NCBI GenBank assembly: GCA_964435495.1
Contig: CAYSZK010000001.1
Coordinates: 699 to 64,698 of the forward strand
Reading direction: 5' to 3'
Length of the DNA stretch: 64,000 bases
Source: an uncultured Verrucomicrobiales bacterium
GTDB taxonomy: Bacteria > Verrucomicrobiota > Verrucomicrobiia > JADLBR01 > JAIBCM01
Shown: piece by piece, positions 29,472 through 40,756 of the stretch
Position numbering within the stretch: the first letter of the stretch is position 1
How the letters are laid out: each line of letters opens with the position of its first letter
The notes under the pieces: generated by a model
What the model saw: only the letters and a program-made list of their open reading frames with translations
What the model was told of the DNA's origin: nothing
Databases searched by the model: none
Made by a program: the position numbers and the translations under genes

Positions 29472-32400
29472 CTACCTAGGGGGAAGGGGAACATGCGTCT
29501 GGGCCTGAAACTCAGGCCTGCTCACGTTGGAAGGAGGCTTTCCAGTAGCGGGATTTACTGGCTGGCCATTCTGATTGTATTGCCTCCAATATCCGTTTGG
29601 ATACTGCTCAGTTGGCGACATTTCTCGAATGGTATGTCCAGGTGGAAGCTCGTCTGGCGTGGGAGGTTCTTGTGGAGAATTAGTCGGCTCCTTGAAATAT
29701 GGACTAGGCTTTGGAGATGCGGGGTTTACGGGACACGGCTCCCCGTCTCCAAAAGACTCATGAAACAATGGTCCAAGAAAACCAAGCACAGCCGCCGCGG
29801 CCGCCAGTTTTGTCCGCAAGTCCGGCGGCCTTGGCGTCGGACTGTCCGGGGTCGGAGCATCCGCGTTGTCGGGTTCAACAAGGAGCAGCGTCGCCACAAC
29901 CGCGGCAACAACCAGCGGGTTGTCCCCTTTCGGGTCAATGTAGTTCACCGGGTTGTCGGCAAGGGCTCCGTAGAGGTTGATGCCGCCCCGCTCGCCAATG
30001 GCGTCCCGCCGCAGCCACCTGCCGAGCAAGGGGCTGTAGGGCCTGCCGAGCTTCGGAAGTTGCAGCTCTGACGAGCCATGCTGATACATGCCCTGAAACA
30101 GGAAATCCGAATCCCGATCCCCTGCCGTCTTCGTAACACGCCCCCAGGGATCGTAGCTGTAGCTCGCACGAACTGCCCCATTCGTGTCCACGAGTTCCCG
30201 CACTGAGCCAAGATGATCTCGCGTGTAAAACAGCTTCTCGCCGCCGACGCCCTCGGCCCCCTGCGGAAAGAACCGTTTCACGACCGCGCCATTTCCATCC
30301 CGCTCCTCGCACAGTTCCAGCCCGCACCAGACAAACCGCTTCACCGCGTTGGTCACGGTCCCGGCCTTCTCCACAATCTGGACCCAGCGGTCCAGGCCGT
30401 CGTAGCTAATCTGGGTTGTGTTCGTGCCTCGCGTGATCTGCGTGAGCCGGTTCTTGGCGTCCCAGGAGAGGATGCGGTCATAGACCGCATCTACAGTCAT
30501 GTTCCCATCGGCGTCATAGGTGAAGGTTTGCGAAGCGCTGTTAGTGCCGATCACGATCGTGTAGCGGTTTGTTGCCGTGTTGGTATTTCCATCCTTGGCT
30601 GTGATCGTCAACGTGTTGCTGCCCACGACCAAATTGGTCAGCAACGCCGAAAAACTGGTTCCTTCCGTCTGTTGCGCTTGATTGGTCACCGCTCCTGTAC
30701 CGAGCCGGTATCGCACCGTCGCCGGTTCGTTCACCGTGCCGGACATCCATGTGGCCGTGCCCGCGGCCACGTTGGTCACCTGGTTGAGGCCGTTGTGCTT
30801 CGCAGCGCGCAGCGTTGTGCCCGCTTTTTCCCAGAGCCGGTTGTCCGCCTTGTCGTAGCCATAGCCGTAATCGGTCTCCGGCGCCCAGTTCCCCCCGCCG
30901 CTGTCCCGCCACACGGGCGCGGCGACGAGACGGTTCACCTCGTCAAAGACCGCCCGCATTTCCCGCGCCGGGTTCACCCCACGAATCTGCCCCCATTGCG
31001 TGATTTGGTCCAGCGCATCGTACTCGTAGGTGAAGGTGCTCAGGTGCGTGGTGCCCACGCTGTTGGTGATGCCCCGCAGCCGCCGATCCCCCATGACATC
31101 CCAGTAACCGAAGGCCGTGGTCTGGCCGTTGGGATAGGCGACGCCCGCCAGCAGCGGCGACACCGGGTTTTCGTAGGTGTAGGCGAAGTCGCCAAGGGCA
31201 TTGGCCGCGTTTGTGGCGCGCCCTTGGCTGTCAAACGCCCAAGCGGCCACCACGCCGTTGATGGCGCGGTTGGTCATGCGCCCCAGTCCGTCATAGCCGT
31301 AGGAGACAAGATCATTGGCCCATGGCCCGTCTTCGGCCACAAGCTGGCCGGCGTTATCGAAAGTGTAGGCGGTGGCGCCGATGCCGTCGGCCATGTTAGT
31401 GCGCCAGTTGCGCCGGTCATAGCCGAAACTCACCGGGGCCAGGCCTGTGCCGGTGATGTTGGTGAGGTTCCGAGCGGCGTCGTAACGGAATTCGTTGGTC
31501 TGGCCCCGGCTGTTGACCGCCGCCGCCAGCAACCCGCGCGGGTCATAGGCGTAGGCGATCCGGTTGCCGTCGCTCCACTCCCGGTTGGTGACGCGGTTGA
31601 GTGCGTCGTAGGCAAAGCGCGTGGCGTTGCCGTTGCCATCGCGCAGAACGGTGAGATTGTCGGCGGCGTCATACTGCATCTGAATCCAGCTTCCGTCGGG
31701 GCGGCCCTCGGCCACCATCCGTTTGTTGCCGTCGTAGGCGAACACCGTCTTGCGCCCAAGCCGGTCGGTCACCGAGGCCGGCACGCAGCATTCCCACTCG
31801 TACTCGTCGAAGGTCCCGTCAGGGCGGGTGGCGCGAATGAGCCGGTTGAGATTGTCGTAATCAAAAGACCGCGTTCTTCCCGCGGCGTCGGTGGAAGCCT
31901 GGACCCGTCCCACTGCGTCATAGGCCGCCGTGGCGACGGCCAGGCCCTGGTGGGTGACATTGGTTACGCGGAAGAGGTGGTCGCGTTGGAGGGCGGTGAC
32001 TTCGCCCAGCGCGTTGGTGACCGCCGCAGGCAGGCCGTTGGGCGCGTAGGCAACGCGGGTGGCGCGGTTGAGCGCGTCGGTGATCAAGACGGGCTGGCGC
32101 GCAGCGTTGTACTCGATCCGGGCGGCGCTGTTGCCCGCGCCGTCGATGATGTTGGTCACGTCCAGGCCGTTGGCGGCGTAGAACCAGCGGTTGGTGTTGT
32201 TGCGGGCATCGACGCGTTCGATGGGCATACCCTGGTCGTTGTAGGCCATCCGGACCATTACGTTGGCGGGGTCAATGATGCGGCGGGGATGGCCGTCGAG
32301 GTCGAAGTCCATGAACTGCCAGCGGGTGCCGTCGGCGCGCTTGATTTCCGACAAGAGCGCTTTGCCTTCGACGACCGAGTAGCGCAGTTCGGTCTTGGGC

Positions 32401-34721
32401 GCCTGTTTGGCAGGCAGCGGGGATTCCATCTGCCGGCCATCGCGAATCCAACTGAACCGGCTGTACCCATTGTAATAATACTCCATCCGGTTGTTCTCCG
32501 GGGTTGTCACGGTGATGCGGTAGTTCTCCCACATGGCGGCGCCGGTGGCGGGGTAGTAGTTGGCGGCGCGCACGCCGTCGGTGGGTTCGGTGAGAAAACC
32601 GGTGGCGCCCATCGGGGTGGTGACGCGGTCGAGGAAAAGATTCCCGTTATTGGTGGTGTAGCCATAGGAGTAGGCGACGCCGCCCATGTCGGTTTGGTTG
32701 GTGAGGTTGCCGGAGGCGCTGTAAAGGAACGTGGCCTGGCGTCCAAAGGGATCGGCAATCGCCTGGATTTTTCCCTGGGCGTTATACGACACCGTGAAAT
32801 CGCGGTTGAGGGCGTCGGTGACTTTGAGAATCTGGCCCGCGGCGTCGTGGGTGACGCGCACGGTGTTGGTGTGGGGGTCGCGGATTTCCAGCAGCAGCGG
32901 CGTGGCGCCGCCGCCGCCCATGGCCGCCGGGATGCCGTAGGCGTAGATCATGCCCTCGGGAGTCTGGACTTGATAGGCGCTGGCGGCGGTCTTGCGCAGC
33001 GTCCACGCCCCGTGTTCGATGGGCGGGAGATAGCCGCCGACGCCGTCGGGGGTGTAAACGTCGCGGCGCCCGTCGGGCATGATGACGGTGACCTTGCCGT
33101 CCGGCCCAACCAGGGCGTAGGACGCGTAGTTCAGCGTCCATTTGTTGCCGACGGGCCGGGCTTGGTTGAGGGCGTCCTGGCTGTTGTAGGTGAGGTCGAA
33201 GGAAACCGCGGGGCCGAGCCCGGAGTTGTGCCACAGAGGCGTGTCCAACACGCAAAGGTTGAGATTCGCCGGATTGATGTCCCAAACGGGGAGGCCGGAA
33301 CCGGCGGGCAACCCGCCGCCGCCAGACTCGTCACGTTCGCCCTGGCATCGGCGTTTGTCGGAGCCCAGATCGTCCTCAGGGCGGGGAATGCCACAGCAGC
33401 CGCCGAGGACCTCGGTTTCGGAAGGTGTCGCGGCGGGAAACGCCCGCGCGGCGCCGGGATCGAAGACCACTGCCAAGCCGCTCCATTGGGAATCAAACTG
33501 CTCGAGCGTGAGGGTGACGGTTTGCTTGAGGCGGGGGTCGTAGATCGTGAGGAGAGCCGGGGCGGCGCCCGATTTTTCCAGACCGCTGACGACGACGAAG
33601 TGGAGGTCGCGGTAGTGGGCGATGAAAGGGCGGGGGAGACTGGCGATGCCGCCGGCGTCGGCCTGGACGGCGGCGGTCTCAAGGCCGTGACTTTCGGCAA
33701 ACCGCTGGAGTTGGCCGATGGTAAAACCCTCGTCGCCGGGGGCAGGGAGGCGGCGGACCTCGCGCGCCTCGCGGATGCGCCCGCGCAATTCAAGCACACG
33801 GGCGACGGCTTCGGCGCCGCAATCGCGCAGCTCGGCGAGGTGGCCTTGGAAATGGTTCAACTGGCGAATCCAGTTCTGGGCGTAGGTGCGGCGTTCCCAC
33901 TCCGTCTCCACGGCCAGCATATCGGCAAAAGCGGCGCGTGAATTGGCTATTTCGCCCCGTTCCATCAGGAGGACCGCGCGGCGGAGCCTGGCTTTCTGGC
34001 GCATGGCAAAAGCCGAGTCCTGGGCCGTCTCCGGAATGGCGGAAAGGATGGCGTTGAAGTGGCCCTCGGCTTCGTCCCAGCGCCCCGTGAATTGCGCCTC
34101 GCAACCCAGGTGCAGCCGCGCCTCACCGGCCCACGGACTGTCCGGGAACTCGCGCAAGTGCGCATGGAAGACCGGAACGGCCTCCGCATACCGGTGCGCA
34201 TTCCACAGATTCATCGCGCGGGCGAAGTGAAGATTCACCCGCTCCATCCGCGCGCGCTGTCCGGCATCCTTCAGCCGTAGCGGCTCGGCGGGCGCGGTGG
34301 GCGTCAACGGGCTGCCCAATTGTCCGGCCATTCGGAGTTCGCGTTCGGTGGGCACGCGGTCGAGGCGCAAATCGAGCAGGCTGATTGCGCCTTCCACGCC
34401 GCCATAGAGGCTGGCGCGCTGGCCGCGGCGTTCAGGCGGGTCGCGGCGTTCGAGGTCGCGGATGCGTTCTAGGGTGAGAGGCGGCTCGATCCTGGCGGTT
34501 GGCGCCTGCGGGGCGGGCTTCGAGCAAGCGGCCAGGAGCACGAACGCCATCCAGTGGAGATGCGGTCTGTGACAGCGTCGGACGCATTCCCGGTTCTGGG
34601 ATGCGTGGCTGGCATGGTTCGGGCGGTTTGTGGCGGATCGTCGGACGGCATGGCACACTTCCATGGAGAACGACCGGATGCGGTCACAAGCCGAATCGAC
34701 AGAATAGGGAGTCGGGATCAT
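29472..34721 (-). CDS. rhs: Rhs-family polymorphic toxin (TPR region, C39-peptidase-like domain, YD/RHS repeats, RHS core, variable C-terminal tip)
   Basis: It has many YD repeats and an Rhs core end (YTRDHLGSV…YSYDPWGRV…[34 protein letters not shown]). A papain-like Cys…His region ([12 protein letters not shown]…[13 protein letters not shown]) lies in the N-terminus. The ATG at 34721 overlaps the upstream gene's stop (ATGA). Confidence 0.9.
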   Translation of the reverse strand: MIPTPYSVDSACDRIRSFSMEVCHAVRRSATNRPNHASHASQNRECVRRCHRPHLHWMAFVLLAACSKPAPQAPTARIEPPLTLERIRDLERRDPPERRGQRASLYGGVEGAISLLDLRLDRVPTERELRMAGQLGSPLTPTAPAEPLRLKDAGQRARMERVNLHFARAMNLWNAHRYAEAVPVFHAHLREFPDSPWAGEARLHLGCEAQFTGRWDEAEGHFNAILSAIPETAQDSAFAMRQKARLRRAVLLMERGEIANSRAAFADMLAVETEWERRTYAQNWIRQLNHFQGHLAELRDCGAEAVARVLELRGRIREAREVRRLPAPGDEGFTIGQLQRFAESHGLETAAVQADAGGIASLPRPFIAHYRDLHFVVVSGLEKSGAAPALLTIYDPRLKQTVTLTLEQFDSQWSGLAVVFDPGAARAFPAATPSETEVLGGCCGIPRPEDDLGSDKRRCQGERDESGGGGLPAGSGLPVWDINPANLNLCVLDTPLWHNSGLGPAVSFDLTYNSQDALNQARPVGNKWTLNYASYALVGPDGKVTVIMPDGRRDVYTPDGVGGYLPPIEHGAWTLRKTAASAYQVQTPEGMIYAYGIPAAMGGGGATPLLLEIRDPHTNTVRVTHDAAGQILKVTDALNRDFTVSYNAQGKIQAIADPFGRQATFLYSASGNLTNQTDMGGVAYSYGYTTNNGNLFLDRVTTPMGATGFLTEPTDGVRAANYYPATGAAMWENYRITVTTPENNRMEYYYNGYSRFSWIRDGRQMESPLPAKQAPKTELRYSVVEGKALLSEIKRADGTRWQFMDFDLDGHPRRIIDPANVMVRMAYNDQGMPIERVDARNNTNRWFYAANGLDVTNIIDGAGNSAARIEYNAARQPVLITDALNRATRVAYAPNGLPAAVTNALGEVTALQRDHLFRVTNVTHQGLAVATAAYDAVGRVQASTDAAGRTRSFDYDNLNRLIRATRPDGTFDEYEWECCVPASVTDRLGRKTVFAYDGNKRMVAEGRPDGSWIQMQYDAADNLTVLRDGNGNATRFAYDALNRVTNREWSDGNRIAYAYDPRGLLAAAVNSRGQTNEFRYDAARNLTNITGTGLAPVSFGYDRRNWRTNMADGIGATAYTFDNAGQLVAEDGPWANDLVSYGYDGLGRMTNRAINGVVAAWAFDSQGRATNAANALGDFAYTYENPVSPLLAGVAYPNGQTTAFGYWDVMGDRRLRGITNSVGTTHLSTFTYEYDALDQITQWGQIRGVNPAREMRAVFDEVNRLVAAPVWRDSGGGNWAPETDYGYGYDKADNRLWEKAGTTLRAAKHNGLNQVTNVAAGTATWMSGTVNEPATVRYRLGTGAVTNQAQQTEGTSFSALLTNLVVGSNTLTITAKDGNTNTATNRYTIVIGTNSASQTFTYDADGNMTVDAVYDRILSWDAKNRLTQITRGTNTTQISYDGLDRWVQIVEKAGTVTNAVKRFVWCGLELCEERDGNGAVVKRFFPQGAEGVGGEKLFYTRDHLGSVRELVDTNGAVRASYSYDPWGRVTKTAGDRDSDFLFQGMYQHGSSELQLPKLGRPYSPLLGRWLRRDAIGERGGINLYGALADNPVNYIDPKGDNPLVVAAVVATLLLVEPDNADAPTPDSPTPRPPDLRTKLAAAAAVLGFLGPLFHESFGDGEPCPVNPASPKPSPYFKEPTNSPQEPPTPDELPPGHTIREMSPTEQYPNGYWRQYNQNGQPVNPATGKPPSNVSRPEFQAQTHVPLPPR

Positions 34722-37700
34722 GGCAGGGACTCCGCGTTGGCGGGGGTTTGAAGCTGGATCACAGGGGCCGACACATCACCGGGCACGAAACCGGGCGGTG
34801 CAGAACGGGCAGGGTCGAGAGGGAATGCGTCGAGCGCGTCGTTCACGCCGTCACCGTCTGAATCCGTGCGGAATGGGCTTGTTCCTTTGGCGGCCTCCTG
34901 GCTCAGGCTCAAGCCGTCGCCGTCCGGGTCGCCGCTGGCGGGATGCAGGCCCGCGGCCCACGCGGCGCCATCGAGGAGCCCGTCTCCGTTGGTGTCGGGA
35001 TTCTGAAAATCGCTGGGGGGCGAGAGTGTAAGCTCGGCGAAGTCGGAGAGGCCATCGCCATCGGTATCGCCGCCTGAATAGACAGTGACGGAGACGGGCG
35101 TGGACACGGTGGAGACACCGCGGTCGTCGGTGGCGACGGCCTTCAGGATGGCCGCGCCGAGCGGCGCGTTGGTCCATTGAAGGGTGTAGGGTGACGAGAT
35201 ATCCTCGCCGATCTTATTCGTGCCGGAAAAGAACTCGACCTTGGCGACGTAACCGTCGGGGTCTGAAGCGGTGGCGGCCAGCCAGAGCGTTCCGGTCGCA
35301 TCGGTGGCGGCGGCGCCGGCGGCAGGAGAGGTGATGGCCACCGTGGGCGGATAACTGAAGACGTTGAACCCGGTGATGCGCGTTGGGGTTAAACGGTTGT
35401 CGCTGTCGCCCAGGCCGAGGCGTCCGCTTCCCCCGGAGCCCCACGCCCACACAAAACCCGCCCCGTCGATGGCGAGGCTGTGATGGGCGCCCGCGGCGAT
35501 GGCGATGGCGTTGCTGAGCCCCGGCGCGGCGGCCTGGCGCGGTGTTTCCACATCGCCGCCAGTCGTGCCGTCGCCCACCGCCCCATACTCCCGGCGTCCC
35601 CACGCCCAGACCGTGCCGTCGCTTTTCAAGGCGAGCATGTGATCATTGCCCGCGGCGATGGCGGTAGCGTTGGAGATGCCGGCGACAACTGTGGGATTGC
35701 CATCAAATCCGTTGGTGATTCTGCCGAGCTGCCTGTCGCTGTTCTCGCCCCATGTCAGCACCCGTCCATCCGAACGCAGCGCCGCGGCAAACTGGTAACC
35801 AGCGGCGATTTCGATCATTGTGCCGCTCCCCGACCATGAAGTCAGGGCGTCATATATGGCGGTCGTGTCGTTCTTGACCTGGCGCATGCTGTTGTCGCCG
35901 GTGGCGCGCGGGTTGGGCGTGGTGACGGTTTCGGCGATGATATGGCTGTTGCGGCGTCCGGCGGCCACGCGAAGCGTTCCAACCGCCGAGAATGTGATTA
36001 AGCGCGGCTGATTTGTCCATGTGGACGCTCCGGAGTCCCCTTTCCCCAACTGGCCCCGTTCGTTGCCGCCCCATGTGTACAGCCTTCCGTTGGTTGTGAC
36101 ACACATGGAATGGTCCTCCCCGGCCGAGACCGCGGCGGCGTTGGGATGATGTTGACGGTGACCGGGCTCTGCTTGTCCTCGTCGTCCCCGTTTCCCAAAC
36201 GGCCTTCAGCGCCGGCGCCCCAGGCCCGCAGCCGCCCGTCGTGGCGCACCGCCAGGCAGTGGAGGGAACCCGCCGCCACCGACCGGACCAGGGAAATCCC
36301 CGAAACCTGCGCGGGACGGTTCGTAGAGCCCGCGTCCGAACCGTTCCCCATCTGGCCGGAGGAGTCTGAACCCCAGGTCCACACCGTTCCATCGTACATC
36401 AGCGCGATGGAATGCTCGTCGCCGCCGTCGATGCCGACGGCTCCGGTCTTGTCGTCGTCGGAAATGGTGTTGGTTGCCGTGCCGGGAGAACCGATGTTGT
36501 AGCCGGAACTGGTGGAGATCGCCACGGCGACGGTTTCATTGGTTTCAACCACGGTGTCATCGAGTACGGAGACCTGAAGATTCGTGAAACTTGCTCCGGC
36601 CGGGATCACCACGGGCGAGCTGATCGCGCGATAGTCGCCGCCGTTGCTGGCGGAGCCGCCGATGGAAAAGTTGACCGCCAACGGCCCGAACGTGTTGCCG
36701 GTGCGGGCAAAGGTGAACACTCCGGAATTGAATCCAGGCTCCGACGCCGATGGATCGGAGGCGGCCACCGTCACCGTGGGTTTGTTGCCGCTGGACTGCG
36801 CGAAAGCCTCAAAAATCACCGCCTGTCCGACCGCCTGGGTGCTCATCGCCAGGTCCACGGCCTGGGCGTAGATCGTTTGCAGCGCCCCGGTGGGGCACAT
36901 CTTGAGAAACACGGAAGCCTCGCCGTTGGCGGCCGTGCGGACCGTTCTGGAGGCCAGTTGCGAGCCGCTGCCCTTGTTCGTGGCGAACAACCCGCCAACG
37001 GGCGAGATCGAGAACGTAACCGGCGCGTTGGTGAGAACATTGCCCACGGCGTCGCGCACCAGCACCACGAGTGGATTGGCCGCGAAAGCGCCGGTGTTCG
37101 TGGTTTGGCGGTCTCCGCTGGCCAGCGACAGCAACGGGGCCTGGCCATTGAAAAAGTCGTTCGGCAGCGTGCCCGCTTGGAACTCCGCCAGGTTTGAGGC
37201 GCCGTCGCCATCGTAATCGCCGGCGGCCGGCTGGTTCGTGCCGCCAAGCCATTCGTATTCCCATGCGTCGTCCATGCCGTCGGCATCGGCATCGCCGCCC
37301 ACGATCGTCACGGAGACCGGAGTGGTGTTGGTGGTCGCGCCGCCGTTGTCGGTGGCGCGGGCGGTGAGGACATGGGCGCCGAAGCCGGCATTGGTCCACT
37401 CCACCGCGTACGGGGCGAGGCCGTCCTCGCCCAGCTTGTTGGTCCCCGCAAAAAACTCGACCTTTGCAACCGTCCCATCCGTGTCGGCGGCGGACGCGCG
37501 CAGCCAGACGCTGGCGGAATTTAGGACCACCGCGCCATCCATCGGGGCGTTCCAGGCCACCGATGGCGGGATGTTGCCGTCAATGAGCCCATGGCCCGCC
37601 ACGGCGGAAAAGGATGCCGCCTGTTCGGAAATGGGATCATCCCCAGCTCCAAACAACCCCGCAAGCGCCGTTTCGGGCAGAGCCACGTTCATCACGCCGC

Positions 37701-38223
37701 GCGGCGACCAGTTTGTGCCGTCGGTGGAGGTGAAAGCCGCCACCGCCTTGCCGCCGCGGTCCAGGCGCAGCCAAAGGGGCGGGTTGGCCAGGGTCCAGTT
37801 GGTCAATTGCCAATCCGCGCCATCGGCAGTGCGCCACGCCATGGACCACGCGGCGATTTGGGAGGGGAGCGCCGCGGACACCAGGAAAAGGGAAGCGTAG
37901 GCGGCATCGGGCGTGTTCGTGGCGCGGATCATGAGGCCGGCGTTGGCCAGCCGGCCAGGCGAAGCGTTGGAAACCTGGACCAAAGCCGAAATGCTGCCCG
38001 TGGTTCCCATGGGCGCGTGGCGGAAGAGAATCGCGTCGGCGCCGGGACCCAGTTCCGTGTTTCTGGCGGCGATCGCAGCCTCGTTGGAAGAAACGGTGAA
38101 CGTTCCCGACTCGCCCTGCAAAGCGGGAACGGGGGTGATAACCGAATTGGTCCAGGTCTGCGCGTGCGCCACGGCGGCGGCGAGCGCGGCGGCGGGCAGG
38201 AGCGGGCGCAAGAACGGCTTCAT
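34718..38223 (-). CDS. secreted multidomain protein: signal peptide, Ig-like/thrombospondin-type-3 Ca-binding segments, Calx-beta, RCC1 beta-propeller repeats; apparent frameshift at ~36143-36146
   Basis: [21 protein letters not shown] is a signal peptide. A Calx-beta-like block is present (FTFARTGNT…[14 protein letters not shown]). RCC1 repeats (…HS/HCLAL…DGxVWxWGxxxxGQLG) continue seamlessly from the 1121-aa ORF frame into the 462-aa ORF frame at an atcatccc|aacgcc C-run. Confidence 0.7.
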
Positions 38224-40684
38224 TGCGCGAGCACCCGGTAAAGGTTGGCGGAGTCCGCGGCCAAGCCGTTGGTTTGGACAACCGTCTCGGGGGCGCCGGC
38301 GCCGGTGACGGCTGCGATGGGCCGGTAGGTCTTGCCGTCGGTGGAGTGTTCGACGACGTAATCCACGCCAACTTGGGCGTCGAAGGTGATGGCAATGCCC
38401 TGGGGCGCACCCTCCAACTGGACAACAGGCGGCGCGGCGGGCGCGGCGTTGGTGAGCACGTTGCACCACGCGGCCATGGACCAGCGCGAGAGCCAATTGC
38501 CGTCGCGGAAGGCGCCGGCGTGGGCCGCGGGGGCGAACCAGCCGTTCCACGGGGCGGCCAGCGCGATGGAGCGCGCGCCCGCGCCGGCGGCGAGGAGCGG
38601 ATTCAGGGCGCGTTCGTTGAGCCGCGCGATGCGGCGCAGGCCGGGGTTTTCCGCAAATACGTTGCCGTTGCTGCCCGCGCCGAGGATCGGGGCCACTACC
38701 GCGTCGTTGGCGCCGCCGTTGACGCTGGCGGCGTCGCACGCGCCCGTGGCGCCGATGCTCCACCAGTGGACGCCCTGGAAGGAAAGATCGGGGCCCGGCG
38801 CGGCGGCGCTGTCGGCGGCCAGGTTGAATTCGCCCCCGGAACTGCGCGTGGCCGCCAGGCGCGCCTCCTGCAGCGCGTTGGTCCCGATCCAGAGGCCGGG
38901 ACCGGCGGTGTCCATGACGATGCTGTTGCGCAGCCGCCCGCCGGAGTTGTGGCGGAAGCGCAGGCCGTTGCCCGGCGCCGTGTTGCCCGAGTCCGTGCCG
39001 CGCCCGATGAGCGTGGCGTTGTAGATGAGCGGGACCGAATACGGACCCGCGGGATTCATGTCGTCGGGTTCGGGGCCCTGCCCGTCGAGGAGGGCGTCGC
39101 CGGCTTCGGCGACCGGGTCGCGGCCAGTGCCGTCGCTGGCATTGTCCTGGATGGCGAACCATTGCTGGCCCAAGCCATGCCAGCCTTCGTCCCAAGCGAA
39201 GGCGTCCTGTCCGGCGAACCACGCCGCCGCCCGCGCCAGCCGCGCCGAGCCGCCGCGCAGCTCGAAGCCGTTGCCCGCGGCGTTCCAGACCTCCACCAGT
39301 TCCACCACCGTGTTGCTGCCCACTCCCGCCAGCGCCAATCCCGCCAGCCGGTGCGCGCCCCACGCGCGCGCACCCGCGTAGCGGATCGACACGAACCGCA
39401 TCACCCCGCTATCGCTGCCTTCGTCAGTGCCCCCGTAGAGGCCCTTTGCGGAGCCCTCCAAGCCGCGGAGATAGTCGCAGCCGGTTCCGGTGTCGATTGC
39501 GCCGGGGTTATCGATGAATTGCGCCCCTGTGGCGTTGCCCTGGGCGACGGGCGCCTCGCCCAGCAGAACCACTCCGCCCCAGAGGCCGGAGTGCTCGAAA
39601 GCATTGGGCTGGCCGGGATCGGCGGTCTGGTATTGGCGGCGGTTGGCGGGGTCGGTCAAATCCCGGCTGCCCGCTCCGGCAAGCGGGTTTTCCCATGGCG
39701 GAATGGTGTTATCCCCGCACGGAAGCAGCGGGTCGTCGATGGAGGTAAAGATGATGGGGGATTGGGCGGTGCCGTTGGCCACCAGCTTGGCGCCGCGGCA
39801 GACGATTAGCGCTCCGGCGTCGGAGGGCGACTGCCCGGAAATGCCGGTGGTGGTGGGGCCTTCGGCGCGGACGATGGTGCCGGGTTCAACAATAAGAACC
39901 GCTCCGGCGCGCACGTAAATGGGGCGGTCGAGCACATAGATATTGTTGGCGGTGAAGCGCGTGTCATTGGTGATGTCGGCAACGATCTTGAGGTAACTGC
40001 GGCTGTTCCACTGCTGGGGGCGCCCGCGTTGTACGCCGCCTCGTCAAACTCGGGCGCTCCCTCCATGCCCATGAGCGCCATCATGCCGCCCTCCGGCGGC
40101 GGGGGATCGGCGAGAAGCTCCGCGCGATGGGCGTCGAAGTAGCCATGGACCCAGTCCAGGAAAGCCGCGTCCTCCGGACGGAGGGGCTTGTCATGTTTGG
40201 CAAGCACGGGAAATTCACCCGGCCGCGGCCCGCGCCACTGGGAGGCCTCCTGCCCCTTGCCTGAAGCGGCGGCCAATTCGTTCTTGAGCGCCATTTCGGA
40301 AGGCAAAGCCTCCCATTTCCGGTAGTTCTCCCAATCCCCGCAAAACCGCAAACACCACGCGCCATAACCGGCCTTGGGGTCTTCCCAGTCACGATGGTTT
40401 CGGATGGCGTCAAAAGGGATTGAGGAGATGACGCGCGCCCAGCCGCTTCCCGTCCATATTTGGATCACGGACAGGCCATTGCCGAAGCACTCCACCCAGA
40501 GCACTTGGCGGACGATCGGCGTCTGAGTCTTGGCGGGTCCGGCTTCAAGAGCGATGGGCTCAGCGGATGCCGTTTCGACGCCGTGGGAGAAGAGGCAGAA
40601 TATGCCGCAAACCGCAAATGCGGCGAACGAAACGCGGGCGGCGACCAGCACCCGCTGGAAAAAGTCCCCAGACCCCAGTCTCAT
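38220..40684 (-). CDS. secreted right-handed beta-helix (pectate-lyase-fold-like) protein; apparent frameshift at ~40016-40021
   Basis: The signal peptide and N-domain are in ORF 39806..40684. The body is in ORF 38220..39935, whose frame is open back to ~40000. The join is at a gcgccccc|agcag C-run. The stop overlaps the downstream start (ATGA). Confidence 0.6.
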
Positions 40685-40756
40685 TCATGCGAAGGGTGCG
40701 ACTGGGAAACCGTGGACGTCAATGGAAAAATCGCCGAAGTCGGGTGGCGGTTTGCG

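Noticed and set aside
24146-30000. Possible CRISPR array suggested by repeated identical small ORFs
   Set aside because: The repeats are 0.5-0.8 kb protein-coding Rhs duplications with no short repeat-spacer periodicity. No cas genes are present.
30213-33941. 1242-aa ORF antisense to rhs
   Set aside because: It sits within the well-supported Rhs coding region. It has a repetitive Gly/Val/Ala translation typical of GC-rich antisense frames.
38224-39363. N-terminal ~370 aa of the 1121-aa ORF 35998..39363
   Set aside because: This Arg-rich stretch overlaps the beta-helix gene in another frame. A clean signal peptide ([21 protein letters not shown]) at 38223 is the real start.
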